Source: Oikopleura dioica
Taxonomy: Eukaryota; Animalia; Chordata
DNA length: 64,000 bases
Direction of reading: 5' to 3'
NCBI GenBank assembly: GCA_907165135.1
Contig: OU015568.1
Span: forward strand, 11,594,001 to 11,658,000
Part shown: positions 40,051 to 52,500 of the stretch, piece by piece
Layout: each line of letters begins with the position of its first letter
Numbering within the stretch: position 1 is the stretch's first letter
Position numbers and translations under genes: made by a program
Notes under the pieces: model-generated
Databases searched by the model: none
What the model was told of the DNA's origin: nothing
What the model saw: the letters and a program-made list of their open reading frames with translations, nothing else

Positions 40051-41287
40051 TCAATTTCGACTAATTTGAGTTTATGACAGTTCTCTACGTCGAAAAAACG
40101 AAAAAAAAATAAGTCGATTTGCCTCTGGCAAAAGTGTTTTATTTTCTTCATTTCTTTCTTCTTCTTTTGAGTGCTCTTTCAGACAGGGAGGATCAACATA
40201 GGGGCTCAAAAAGCGAGAATAGATAAATTTATCAAGTTGAGTCACATTTTCGAGTTTTATTCAATTTTGACGAAGCGCGCGATTGGCTCCTGGAAAGCCA
40301 GAGCTTCAGCGCCCCAGCGCAATTTTCTGCTCCTCATTTTGCGCTTCGAGGGACATTCCTCGAGCACACATGGCGATCAGCTGTTTTTAGGTCACATGAC
40401 CTGATATTGTTGATGAACTTTTGCTTATGTAATTGAGCGTTGAAGTAAAAATCGTATCAAAAATTGTAATAAAAATATATTTCAATTTCGATATTTTTTG
40501 CAACATGATTTTTCCCAAAAGTATTGACAATACTAATTTTCCTTGAATTTTTGATTCGTTAGATAGTGTGTTCTATATTCGAATTGATCTTTCACTCCAA
40601 AAAGTGATTTTAGATCGCTCAATTTAGGAAACACTGATCGAGTAATCAAATCAGGCTTGATAATAAATAATCCAGTATCGTTGTGGTTAGCCGATAACTC
40701 CAAAATTTTTTCATTGGAACATGTCACGCATTAGTTTGGTGGTGCACCGTGGCGAGCACCATTGGTCAAAGTACACCAAAACCTCCCGCGGCGATAACGG
40801 AGCTTATACCATTCAGCGCTAGAATTTTAACTCCCTGGCGTACTTGCTCTTCAATTTGTTGGTGCGGATCTGGCCAGTTATAATTGAAAAATGTAAATAA
40901 ATAATTCGCTTTGTCATTTAAAAATGAGGTCTTCTATGATTTCGAAATGAGCCGACATTTAGATCTAAAATTTAACATGATTTCAGTGCGTTACAGAGCC
41001 TTTTTAACATAAAAAAGACTAAGCAAGCATTCTTTATCGTCCGGCAAATAATTAATTATTCCTTTCGCCACCGGAAATGGCGGAAAAAGCACTAATAAAA
41101 GCCCCAAATGAGCCCTTCTAACACGTCTTGACGCGAGACAGTTAAATTGCATCGGCGCTAGGGAGCGCGCTTTTCGCGAAAAAAACCTTCCTCCATGCAG
41201 AAAACTGTCATCCCATTCTGAAAGTAATCCACCAGAATACGAGCGTGTTTTTATTCATAAAGAGAAACTTTTGAATAAAACGAGAAA

Positions 41288-41997
41288 ATGTCGAAAGCTG
41301 TCGTCGATGAAAATTTCTGGCATACATTCCAGATGACTGAAGAGTAAGTATTTTTGCCATTCATAAAATTATAACTTGATAATTGCTGAAACAAATAAGA
41401 TTCGGACGTGTCTGTAATTTATTTTCAAGGGATTTCCGGATGCGAGTCGCAGTCAGTCCTCATCACACAAACCCCCGATCCGCCACATTGGATTTCTGGA
41501 GAAAAACTACTCCGTACAACCAATATCGAGTGATCCAGGATCGAAGAAGAAAACAGATGAACCAGCCTACCAGGTAAATGAAACCTCTGATTATTCATTT
41601 TACGTTTTTTTTCTAGTTCTTCTCATACGAAAGAAGAGCACATGATCATTGCCCAAGCTCTTGCTTCGATGGAAAAACGACGTGTCGGTACTCGTTTCCT
41701 TGATAGAGAGGTAAGAAAGCGACGATGCATGAAGAGTCTGATCTTATTAACCGTCGGAGAACGAGATTATCTCGCCATAATTACCCTCCGTTCGTGTTCA
41801 TAGTGCCATAAAACGGAAAGGCGCTACCAATCATTTGGAATTATGCTCTTTTAGAAGACGGAATTTCTAAAAAAAAGGCTCCGCCCTTTACGTCACTTCG
41901 CATTCCTAATCAACGTTTTAAGGTCACCGAAGACGATCACGAAAAGCCCTTGATGGTCATTCTCCAAGAACAGACGGAGAAGTGCTCCCTCATGTAA
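41288..41997 (+). CDS. Small hypothetical protein (~120 aa, 4 exons)
   Basis: GT-AG splicing gives MSKAVVDEISGHTFQMTEE/DFRMRVAVSPHH...QPTS/SSHTKEEHMII...FLDRE/VTEDDHEKPL...CSLM*. Confidence 0.5.
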
Positions 41998-42373
41998 ATC
42001 CATTTTTCCGACAAGAAACAAAAAGTCCTGCTGGATCGTCCAGACCGGATGTTTTCTTATTGTACCTTTCGCCTTTTTGCATCCTTCCAGAACAAAAAAT
42101 AATAAATCTTAACTATTTTGAATTGTGTTCAGTCATTTAATGCTGTTTTGTATTTTTTTCCGATACTTGAACTTTTACAAACAGGTGTCGACAGGTTTAG
42201 AGCGATTGAAAGAGATAAAGATTGCTATAGGCAGACTTTACATTAATTAAAAATTAAAAACAGAATTTCGTATTTACAAAGATGAATTGAATTAACTTGG
42301 AAATATTATCCAAAAATCACTTGGAAACATTTGAGGCAGTTTTCGTCGATTATCTAGTCTTGTAGGCAAGTGA

Positions 42374-44963
42374 TTAGTTTTGAGGATCTTCAGAAGAGGG
42401 GAGCATTACCGCCACTTCAGGAGCAACGCGATTTTGAAAGACTGGCCTCCGCTCGCTGACAGGGGAAGGTGGAATCGTAAGGACATTTTGAGTGTCGCTC
42501 GGGGCTTCTTTTAGAGAACTTAGTGCGCCAAGGATCTTGTCCAGTTTATCATCTGCAAAAAAATTAATTGAGAAAAGCGCTCTATTACTTACCGATGTCG
42601 GAAACCTTCTTTTCGAGAGTTATCAGCCTCCCATTCATTGAACTTCTTGAAATGTAACCAGCAGAAGATCCGTTTTTTCGATCAAGTTCAACTGTTGACG
42701 CCACGCCGAGGATGTTTTCCATTCTAGCGACCCAAATTAGATTTCGTTGCTGCGATGATTCTAACCTGTTTTGCAAGAGTTTCACGCGAGCGAGCATGTC
42801 AACATGGCCAGCAGAGTATTGTTCGATGACGTCTTTGACATCATAAGGCCGCAGTGCTTCCTTGAATTTCCTCTTCGCAACGCAGAATTTCATCATTCGA
42901 ATGAATCGTAATGCAATCTTTTGCTTCTCGGTCAGCTGATTGTCTGCCGCTAAATATTCGTCGTCGTCGATTTCTGTGATGCCATTTTGGTTTACGTCTA
43001 AAACATTGAAGTCGGTGATTTTATCTCGACAAGTTACCTGATTTCAATCCGGGTGAGTTGAGTTGATGATGTTTCGTAGCAGAAACGCGGCGAACAGGAA
43101 ACAAGTCTTCACTCGCGAGCTGTGGAGAAAATGAAAACAGATTCTTGATGTTATTTTTGGTCTCATCTTTCGACTTCTCGATCGATTTCTTGCAGCTAAA
43201 GTCGATCAAAACATGTTCAAAAACGGGTTTCACTTACAGAGCAGTTCTAGCTTGATTCCAAGTAGCTATTGAGCTTGACTCTTCATCGGCTGCGTAGTTT
43301 CTCCAAACCGCCTGTATCAACAACGCAGCTGGGTTTCGTCGTCTCGCAAAGTGCTTCTGGCGATGCTGCTCCTGAACTTTCAAGGCGAATCCAGTACCGA
43401 GGATTCCCGCTGGCAACGCAAAGAATGCCATTCCAACAACGGCGAAAAACGACGCAATCGCTTGACCAGTTGTTGTTGCTGGAACTTTGTCTCCATAACC
43501 AATCGTCGTTAGGGTTATAAAACCCCACCAGAGGGAGTCCCCAAATGTCAAAAAATGGCAAGTCGGAGCACTTCCATCCTCAAAGATTGTTCTATTGGCG
43601 GCCATTTTGCATTCATCGGTCGTAAACTCAACTTGCCAGATGATGTAGCTGACGAAGATCAAGACAAGAAAAGCAATATAGATTGCCGTCAAAAGTTCCT
43701 TGAGTAAGGCTGTGAAAGAAAAATTATTTTCGTTTGTTCGTAAAAACATGGCGATCTATGTAAATTTTTCAACGGATTTTGACAAGATCAGTGCGTCAAT
43801 TTTGTAATATTCTCGCAATGGCTGTCCTGAGCATTTATCGTCTAATTTCATTCGCGATCAAAAGTACGTCAAAAATAATTTGCGAGAAAATAAATAAAAA
43901 AAAATCCACAACCCTTTCCTTGGAGTGAGCATAGACAACGGATCCCAGTAGTTTCCATGTTCCGCCTCTTCTATCGACTCTCACCATTCGTATAATCTGG
44001 AGGAAACGCAGTGCTCTGAGAGCGGAAGCGGCGAAGAGACCCTTCTCGATCGTTAGGTTTCCAAAGATCAGAATCCAGGAAGCAATAACAACCATCAAGT
44101 CGATGATGCAAAAAGGCCGTCGCGCGAAGTGAAGGCGCCCGAGTAGACCTTGATACCTGGGAGTCTCGGTTATGGAAATGAAGAGAAAAAACGTGACAAG
44201 ATACATGGAAACATCTGGTTTCCCCAATGCTCACCTTGATCTACAGCCAGCCGACCAGAGACGAAGGATGTATTCGAATGTGAATTGCACCATTATGATC
44301 TTTTCCAGAATGTTCAGCACGTATTCCGAAGTCGAGGAGATTCGGTCTTCGTTGTCGTCGTATACATCTCCAGTGATGAACATTGTGAGGATGAGACATG
44401 CAAAAACAAGGAGAAACCTTAATCTTTTGTTTACAAGAACTAAGCCCAAAGTGTGTTGTTTACGTATAAATGTGATAATAAGTACTGATGTGGTGCCTGT
44501 TAAGCACCGGGCGTTCGAGGATATTATAGAGATTTGGCTGGAGGTAGTGATAAAAGAAGGAATATCTGGTGCCCGAATAATTGGAGTTGGAGCCGAAAGA
44601 GCGCATCCGAGATCTTCCCTTCCCGCTTCCCCGTTGCAAGCGTTTGAGTTTTTGCTCATGATACTGAGTATCTCTTATTCCGCCGACTGTTCCGTCTCGG
44701 TTCAGGACATTTCTATCAAGCCCCGGAAGGCTGGCTCTCTGACCGTAGCTTCCAGAACCGTATCTTAGCTTTGGCTCGGCATTACGCCTGAAAATAGGAG
44801 CCCCACTATGCGTGGTACTGTGCGATTGCCAGAACGGGTTAGAAATCTCATCCACGGTATCGCTCGAACCAGTGACTGAGCATGTCAGTCCAGAATCGTC
44901 GGTCACTTGTAAAGCAGGCGTTACAGCGAATCTTTCGTTGGTTGAAGAACTCAAATTTTCCAT
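42374..44963 (-). CDS. KCNQ: KCNQ (Kv7) voltage-gated potassium channel
   Basis: [13 protein letters not shown]; S4 [37 protein letters not shown]; pore [18 protein letters not shown]; [25 protein letters not shown]; [21 protein letters not shown]. Confidence 0.97.
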
Positions 44964-46889
44964 TTTGACAAGATGGCTTGATTATTTTTTCCAAGCTTTT
45001 ATATGGCTACCTTAGTGGTGGCATCAAAGGGGCTGATATTGCGGAAGAAGAAGGGTGCAGCTTTCGCCTGCTGCACCTGCTTTTATATTAGGGCGCGAAC
45101 GGCCCAATAAAATGCTAGTTTTGACAATTTTAGGAGCCTTATCGGCGTCAGTCCGTGAACTTCTTGAGCATTCCCGACAATATTAGCGCAGGAAAAATCT
45201 AAAACCCCATTTTAGAATGAACCAAGATAACCAAACTTTAAGAGTTATGGCATTTTCTTGTCAGTACTTGTCAGCCATTAAATCACCCTAACGAGTGAAA
45301 ATGAATATTCAACCCAACTCTGTATCGCTGTTTGTATTCTAGCGCCTGTTGCGCGTGCCGTGTGTCTTCCATAACTCAGTTTCACAAAAAATATAGCGAA
45401 AAAAAGCGAAAAGGGATGAAAAGAGGCACCTCTCTTTGCGGATTGTGGCTCATTAACGCAGCAGCTGGGGAAGTTGGGGAAGTGAGCTTGCAACGAGCAG
45501 GCCTCGACTCACCTCGTCACACCCTTCACTCAACTCCCTGACACTTACATACACGGTATTCAGAATCTGACACACATTTAGGTAAAATGGTTTGAGTACT
45601 CACACTGTCATATGATAACATGCAGCAATCTTTGAAGTCTTGAAATTCGGCCGCTCAAGAATATCTGTATCAGGTTTTAACTACCCCTTTAGATCGACAG
45701 AATCAATGATCGAGAGACTTTGAAACCCTTTTCAAAGATGAAATTCATCGCTTGGAAGTAGCAAGTGCTCCTAGAATGCCGAATCTGGAAGCTCTTGATC
45801 TGCTTTCCATGAAGTGATTTTCGCATAAGCGCTTCTCTGATGTAAGAGTCTTTGCTGCTCATTTTGCAGATTTAAAGTTAAAAATATGAGATTTACGAAA
45901 TGCTTTTTTAGTGTGGTAGTTAATTGAGTTGAAAGAAATCCGAAAGCGATAAATTCGAGTAACATTTTACGATTAATTTCAAGCTGTCAGCTAAAACTTT
46001 AAAGAGGGTTTGATTTAATACGTTTTGTAAAATAGACCGCACAGTGGACCCTTTTAATAAAGCCGTACATTGTCTCTTATACTTTTTTGGGAAAAAATTC
46101 TCAACAAAATAAATAATATTGATGATTTTTTAGCGAACTAATTTAGCGGTACTTTTGACAACGCTAAGAAAGACGAGCAATAAAGGATAAAATTGACCCA
46201 ATCCGAACAGGACGTTTCCCATAGATCCATTCCGACGCAGAATCGCGAATACTCTTTTTACGGCGATATTATTGTAAACACGTTTATGATGATAAATGGA
46301 CATTGGCGTGTTTTTGCCTGTTAGCAATTTATTCGCTGGGAAACGAAAGTGTCGTTTTATCGCCTTCCCCGCGTCACTCGTCTTTTGAGAAATCGTTTTT
46401 TGTCCAGGAAAATCCGCCTTCGAAATCGAGCATGTGTAGGCTTCCCGCGGCTGTTTTCATTTTCCAGGTTCTTTTGCAGAGACACACCAAACTTACAGAA
46501 TATATGCACCATGACACGCCTTACAAAACTGCACTAGCCGATTTTTCGAAACGGCTCATTTTTGTGCCTTTTTTGGCGATTTTTGATGAGAAAAATGTAT
46601 ATAGATGAATTGTTCCAAAATTTAAGGGTGTTCCCACATACCGATTATTATCATTTTTGGATATGTTGTAGAAGAGGGTTCGCTGATTCTTTGGACCACT
46701 GGACGAATTCTGCAGACCTCGATTTCGGTACTTTCTAGAGCTTCAAAGTCGACAAAGTCTGCCAGATATGAAATTTCAAAATTTGCAACTTTTGATCTAC
46801 GCATTCTACGGTGACGATTTATAGCTCATCTTGGAGCTTATGAACCACTGAATTCAGTAAGGTGTTTTTTCTGAACCAGCTGGTCATTC

Positions 46890-47600
46890 TGGCGGTTCGT
46901 CGCGGTTCAAGCATTTAAAAGAGCCGGGATCCGGAAATATGTATATCAAAATGCATATTTTTTGACGACGAGTCGTTTCAACACATTTTCGAACCGAACC
47001 ACTTGGCTAACCGCCCGGTTCACAGCGGTTCAAAGCGGTTCAAGGTCTGAATGTTCACAAAATATTGAAATATGTATATCAAAATGCTTGTCTAGTCAAA
47101 AGGAGTCTTTTGGACAGATTTTCGAACCGAACCACTTGGCTAACCGCCCGGTTCACAGCGGTTCAAAACGGTTCAAGGTCTGAATATTCACAAAATATTA
47201 AAATATGTATATCAAAATGCTTGTCTAATCAAAAGGAGTCTTTTGAACAGATTTTTGAACTAAACCGGACAGCTAACCGCCCGGTTCACAGCGGTTCAAA
47301 GCGGTTCAAGAACTGAATGTTCACAAAATATTGAAATATATATATCAAAATGCTTGTCTAGTCAAAAGGAATTAATTCAACAGGTTTTCATACCAAACCG
47401 CTCGGTTGACCGCCCGATTCACAGCGGTTCGAGGCGGTTCAAGCTCTTTTAAATTGCAAAATGCTGAAATATGTACATCAAAATGCTTCTCTACTTATGA
47501 AAAATCATTAAAACAGGTTTTCGAACCAGACCGCTTGGTTGACCGCCCGGTTCACAGCGGTTCAGGGCAGTTCTAGCTCATAATACTCACAAATTGCTGA
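46890..47600 (+). repeat. Subterminal array of 133-bp units (5 plus 1 degenerate), left arm
   Basis: CCCG(G/A)TTCACAGCGGTTC recurs at 47014, 47147, 47280, 47413 and 47546, an exact 133-bp period. Confidence 0.9.
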
Positions 47601-47655
47601 AAAAAATAAATCAAAATGCTTCTTTACTCATAAGAAATTGTACGTTTGTACAATG

Positions 47656-49385
47656 AAGTCTGAGACGGGGCCAAGCCGACCCGAAGGGGAGGCCAGGACC
47701 ATTTGAACAATTGAGTCTGAGACAGGGCCAAGCCGACCCGAAGGGGAGGCCAGGCCATGTTATACAATCAAGTCTGAGACGGGGCAAAGCCGACCCGAAG
47801 GGGAGGCCAGGCCCGTTTGAACAATTTAGTCTGAGACAGGGCAAAGCCGACCTGAAGGGGAGGCCAGGCCCGATTGTACAATCCAGTCTGAGACAGGGCC
47901 AAGCCGACCCGAGGAAGAGACGAGGCAAGTTTGAACAATTAAGTCTGAGACGGGGCAAAGCCGACCCGAAGGAGAGGCCAGGCCTGTTTGAACAATTGAG
48001 TCTGAGACAGGGCCAAGCCGACCCGAAGGGGAGGCCAGGCCCATTTGAACAATTGAGTCTGAGACAGGGCCAAGCCGACCCGAAGGGGAGGCCAGGCCCG
48101 GTTGTACAATCAAGTCTGAGACGGGGCAAAGCCGACCCGAAGGGGAGGCAAGGCCCGTTTGAACAATTTAGTCTGAGACAGGGCCAAGCCGACCCGAAGG
48201 AGAGGCCAGGCCCGTTTGAACAATTGAGTCTGAGACAGGGCCAAGCCGACCCGAAGGCGAGGCCAGGCCCGAATGTACAATGAAGTCTGAGACGGGGCCA
48301 AGCCGACCCGAAGGGGAGGCCAGGCCCATTTGAACAATTGAGTCTGAGACAGGGCCAAGCCGACCCGAAGGGGAGGCCAGGCCCGGTTGTACAATCAAGT
48401 CTGAGACGGGGCAAAGCCGACCCGAAGGGGAGGCCAGGCCCGTTTGAACAATTTAGTCTGAGACAGGGCAAAGCCGACCTGAAGGGGAGGCCAGACCCGA
48501 TTGTACAATCCAGTCTGAGACAGGGCCAAGCCGACCCGAGGAAGAGACGAGGCCCGTTTGAACAATTAAGTCTGAGACGGGGCCAAGCCGACCCGAAGGG
48601 GAGGCCAGGCCCGGTTGTACAATTCAGTCTGAGACGGGGCCCACCCGACCCGAAGGGGAGGTCAGGCCCGATTGTACAATCCAGTCTGAGACAGGCCCAA
48701 GCCGACCCGAAGAGGAGGCCAGGCCTGTTTGTGCATTTTAGTCTGAGACGGGGCTAAGCCGACCCGAAGGGGAAGCCAGGCCCGTTTGAACAATTTAGTC
48801 TGAGACAGGGCCAAGCCGACCCGAAGGGGAGGCCAGGCCCGATTGTACAATCCAAACTGAGACGGGGCCAAGCCGACCCGAAAGGGAGGCCAGGCCCGTT
48901 TTTACAATTTATTCTGAGACGGGGCCAAGCCGACCCGAAGGATGGGCCAGGCCCGTATGTACATTTTAGTCTGAGACGGGGCCAAGCCGACCCGAAGGGG
49001 AGGCCACGCCCGATTGTACAATCCAGTCTGAGACAGGCCCAAGCCGACCCGAAGAGGAGGCCAGGCCCGTTTTACAATTTAATCTGAGACGGGGCCAAGC
49101 CGACCCGAAGGATGGGCCAGGCCCGTATGTACATTTTACTCTAAGACGGGGCCAAGCCGACCCGAAGGGAGGCCAGGCCCGTTTGTACATTTAAGTCTGA
49201 GACGGGGCCAAGCCGACCCGAAGGGGAGGCCAGGCCCGTTTTTACAATTTAATCTGAGACGGGGCCAAGCCGACCCGAAGGATGGGCCAGGCCCGTATGT
49301 ACATTTTAGTCTGAGACAGGGCCAAGCCGACCCGAAAGGGAGGCCAGTCCCGTTTATCAATTCAGTCAGAGTAAGGACCAAGGCG
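47656..49385 (+). repeat. 57-bp satellite, left arm (~30 units)
   Basis: Unit AGTCTGAGACGGGGCCAAGCCGACCCGAAGGGGAGGCCAGGCCCGTTTGAACAATTT, e.g. at 47828 and 47885. Confidence 0.95.
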
Positions 49386-49514
49386 ACCCGAAAATGATGT
49401 TTTCCTTGCACCGTTATCGATAATTATCTCTGTAAATCGGGAACAAATTCAAATTTTCTAACATTATCTCCTTAAAAACAACAATTCAACAAAGAACTAA
49501 GACAAAAATAGGAA

Positions 49515-52500
49515 AAGCCTCCCCTTCGGATCCTCTTAGCCCCGACTCAGACTTAATTGTACAAACGGGCTTAGCCTCCCCTTCGGGTCGGCTTTGCCCC
49601 GACTAAGACTGAATTGTACACTCGGGCCTGGCCTCCCTTCGGGTCGGCTTGGCCCCGTCTCAGACTAAATAAACGAACGAGCCTGGCCTCCCCTTTGGGT
49701 CGGCTTGGCCCCGTCTCAGACTGAATTGTACAACCGGGCCTGGTCTCCCTTCGGGTCGGCTTGGCCCCGTCTCAGACTTAATGTACAAACGAGCCTGGCC
49801 TCCCTTCGGGTCAGCTTGGCCCCGTCTCAGACTGAATTGTTCAAACGGGCCTGGCCTCCCTTCGGGTCGGCTTGGCCCTGTCCGAGACTGGATTGTTCAA
49901 TCGGGCTTGGCCTCCCTTCGGGTCGGCTTGGCCCTGTCTCAGACTAAATTGTTCAAACGGGCCTGGCCTCCCCTTCGGGTCGGCTTGGCCCTGTCCCAGA
50001 CTGGATTGTTCAATCGGGCTTGGCCTCCCTTCAGGTCGGCTTTGCCCTGTCTCAGACTTAATTGTTCAAACGGGCCTGGCCTCCCTTCGGGTCGGCTTGG
50101 CCCCGTCTCAGACTTAGATGCACAGACGGGCCTGGCCTCCCCTTCGGGTCGGCTTGGCCCCGTCTCAGACTTTATTGTACAATCGGGCCTGGCCTCCCTT
50201 CAGGTCGGCTTTGCCCTGTCTCAGACTAAATTGTTCAAACGGGCCTGGCCTCCCCTTCGGGTCGGCTTGGCTCCGTCTCAGACTTAAATGCACAAACGGG
50301 CCTGGCCTCACCTTCGGGTCGGCTTAGCCCCGTCTCAGACTAAAATGCACAAACAGGCCTGGCCTGCTCTTCGGGACGGCTTGGCCCTGTCTCAGACTAA
50401 ATTGTTCAAACGGGCCTGTCCTCCCCTTCGGATCGGGTGGGCCCCGTCTCAGACTGAATTGTACAACCGGGCCTGGCCTACCCTTCGGGTCGGCTTGGCC
50501 CTGTCTCAGACTAAATTGTTCAAACGGGCCTGTCCTCCCCTTCGGATCGGGTGGGCCCCGTCTCAGACTGAATTGTACAACCGGGCCTGGCCTCCCCTTC
50601 GGGTCGGCTTGGCCCCGTCTCAGACTAAATTGTTCAAACGGGCCTCGTCTCTTCCTCGGGTCGGCTTGGCCCTGTCTCAGACTGGATTGTACAATCGGGC
50701 CTGGCCTCCCCTTCGGGTCGGCTTTGCCCCGTCTCAGACTTGATTGTACAACCGGGCCTCAGACTAAAATGCACAAACAGGCCTGGCCTCCTCTTCGGGT
50801 CGGCTAGGGCCTGTCTCAGACTGGATTGTACAATCGGGCCTGGCCTCCCCTTCAGGTCGGCTTTGCCCTGTCTCAGACTTAATTGTTCAAACGGGCCTGG
50901 CCTCCCCTTCGGGTCGGCTTGGCCCCGTCTCAGACTTGATTGTACAATCGGGCCTGGCCTCCCCTTCAGGTCGGCTTTGCCCTGTCTCAGACTAAATTGT
51001 TCAAACGGGCCTGGCCTCCCCTTCGGGTCGGCTTGGCTCCGTCTCAGACTTAAATGCACAAACGGGCCTGGCCTCACCTTCGGGTCGGCTTAGCCCCGTC
51101 TCAGACTAAAATGCACAAACAGGCCTGGCCTCCTCTTCGGGTCGGCTAGGGCCTGTCTCAGACTGGATTGTACAATCGGGCCTGGCCTCCCCTTCGGGTC
51201 GGCTTGGCCCTGTCTCAGACTAAATTGTTCAAACGGGCCTGTCCTCCCCTTCGGGTCGGGTGGGCCCCGTCTCAGACTTAATTGTTCAAACGGGCCTCGT
51301 CTTTTCCTCGGGTCGGCTTGGCCCCGTCTCAGACTGAATTGTACAACCGGGCCTGGCCTCCCCTTCGGGTCGGCTTGGCCCCGTCTCAGACTAAATTGTT
51401 CAAACGGGCCTCGCCTCTTCCTCGGGTCGGCTTGGCCCTGTCTCAGACTGGATTGTTCAATCGGGCCTGGCCTCCCCTTCAGGTCGGCTTTGTCCTGTCT
51501 CAGACTTAATTGTTCAAGGGCCTGGCCTCCCCTTCGGGTCGGCTTGGCCCCGTCTCAGACTTGATTGTACAATCGGGCCTGGCCTCCCCTTCAGGTCGGC
51601 TTTGCCCTGTCTCAGACTAAATTGTTCAAACGGGCCTGGCCTCCCCTTCGGGTCGGCTTGGCTCCGTCTCAGACTTAAATGCACAAACGGGCCTGGCCTC
51701 ACCTTCGGGTCGGCTTAGCCCCGTCTCAGACTAAAATGCACAAACAGGCCTGGCCTCCTCTTCGGGTCGGCTAGGGCCTGTCTCAGACTGGATTGTACAA
51801 TCGGGCCTGGCCTCCCCTTCGGGTCGGCTTGGCCCTGTCTCAGACTAAATTGTTCAAACGGGCCTGTCCTCCCCTTCGGGTCGGGTGGGCCCCGTCTCAG
51901 ACTGAATTGTACAACCGGGCCTGGCCTCCCCTTCGGGTCGGCTTGGCCCCGTCTCAGACTCAATTGTTCAAACGGGCCTCGTCTTTTCCTCGGGTCGGCT
52001 TGGCCCCGTCTCAGACTGAATTGTACAACCGGGCCTGGCCTCCCCTTCGGGTCGGCTTGGCCCCGTCTCAGACTAAATTGTTCAAACGGGCCTCGTCTCT
52101 TCCTCGGGTCGGCTTGGCCCTGTCTCAGACTGGATTGTACAATCGGGCCTGGCCTCCCCTTCAGGTCGGCTTTGCCCTGTCTCAGACTAAATTGTTCAAA
52201 CGGGCCTGGCCTCCCCTTCGGGTCGGCTTTGCCCCGTCTCAGACTTGATTGTACAACCGGGCCTGGCCTCCCCTTCGGGTCGGCTTGGCCCTGTCTCAGA
52301 CTCAATTGTTCAAATGGGCCTGGCCTCCCCTTCGGGTCGGCTTGGCCCCGTCTCAGACTTGATTGTACAATCGGGCCTGGCCTCCCCTTCAGGTCGGCTT
52401 TGCCCTGTCTCAGACTAAATTGTTCAAACGGGCCTGGCCTCCCCTTCGGGTCGGCTTGGCTCCGTCTCAGACTTAAATGCACAAACGGGCCTGGCCTCAC

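Noticed and set aside
46622-47316. ORFs MRRSKVANFEI..., MTTSRFNTF..., MKYVYQNAC... and their mirror copies at 53384-54078 as a transposase
   Set aside because: They are short, lack DDE, BED or hATC motifs, and arise from TIR and array sequence.
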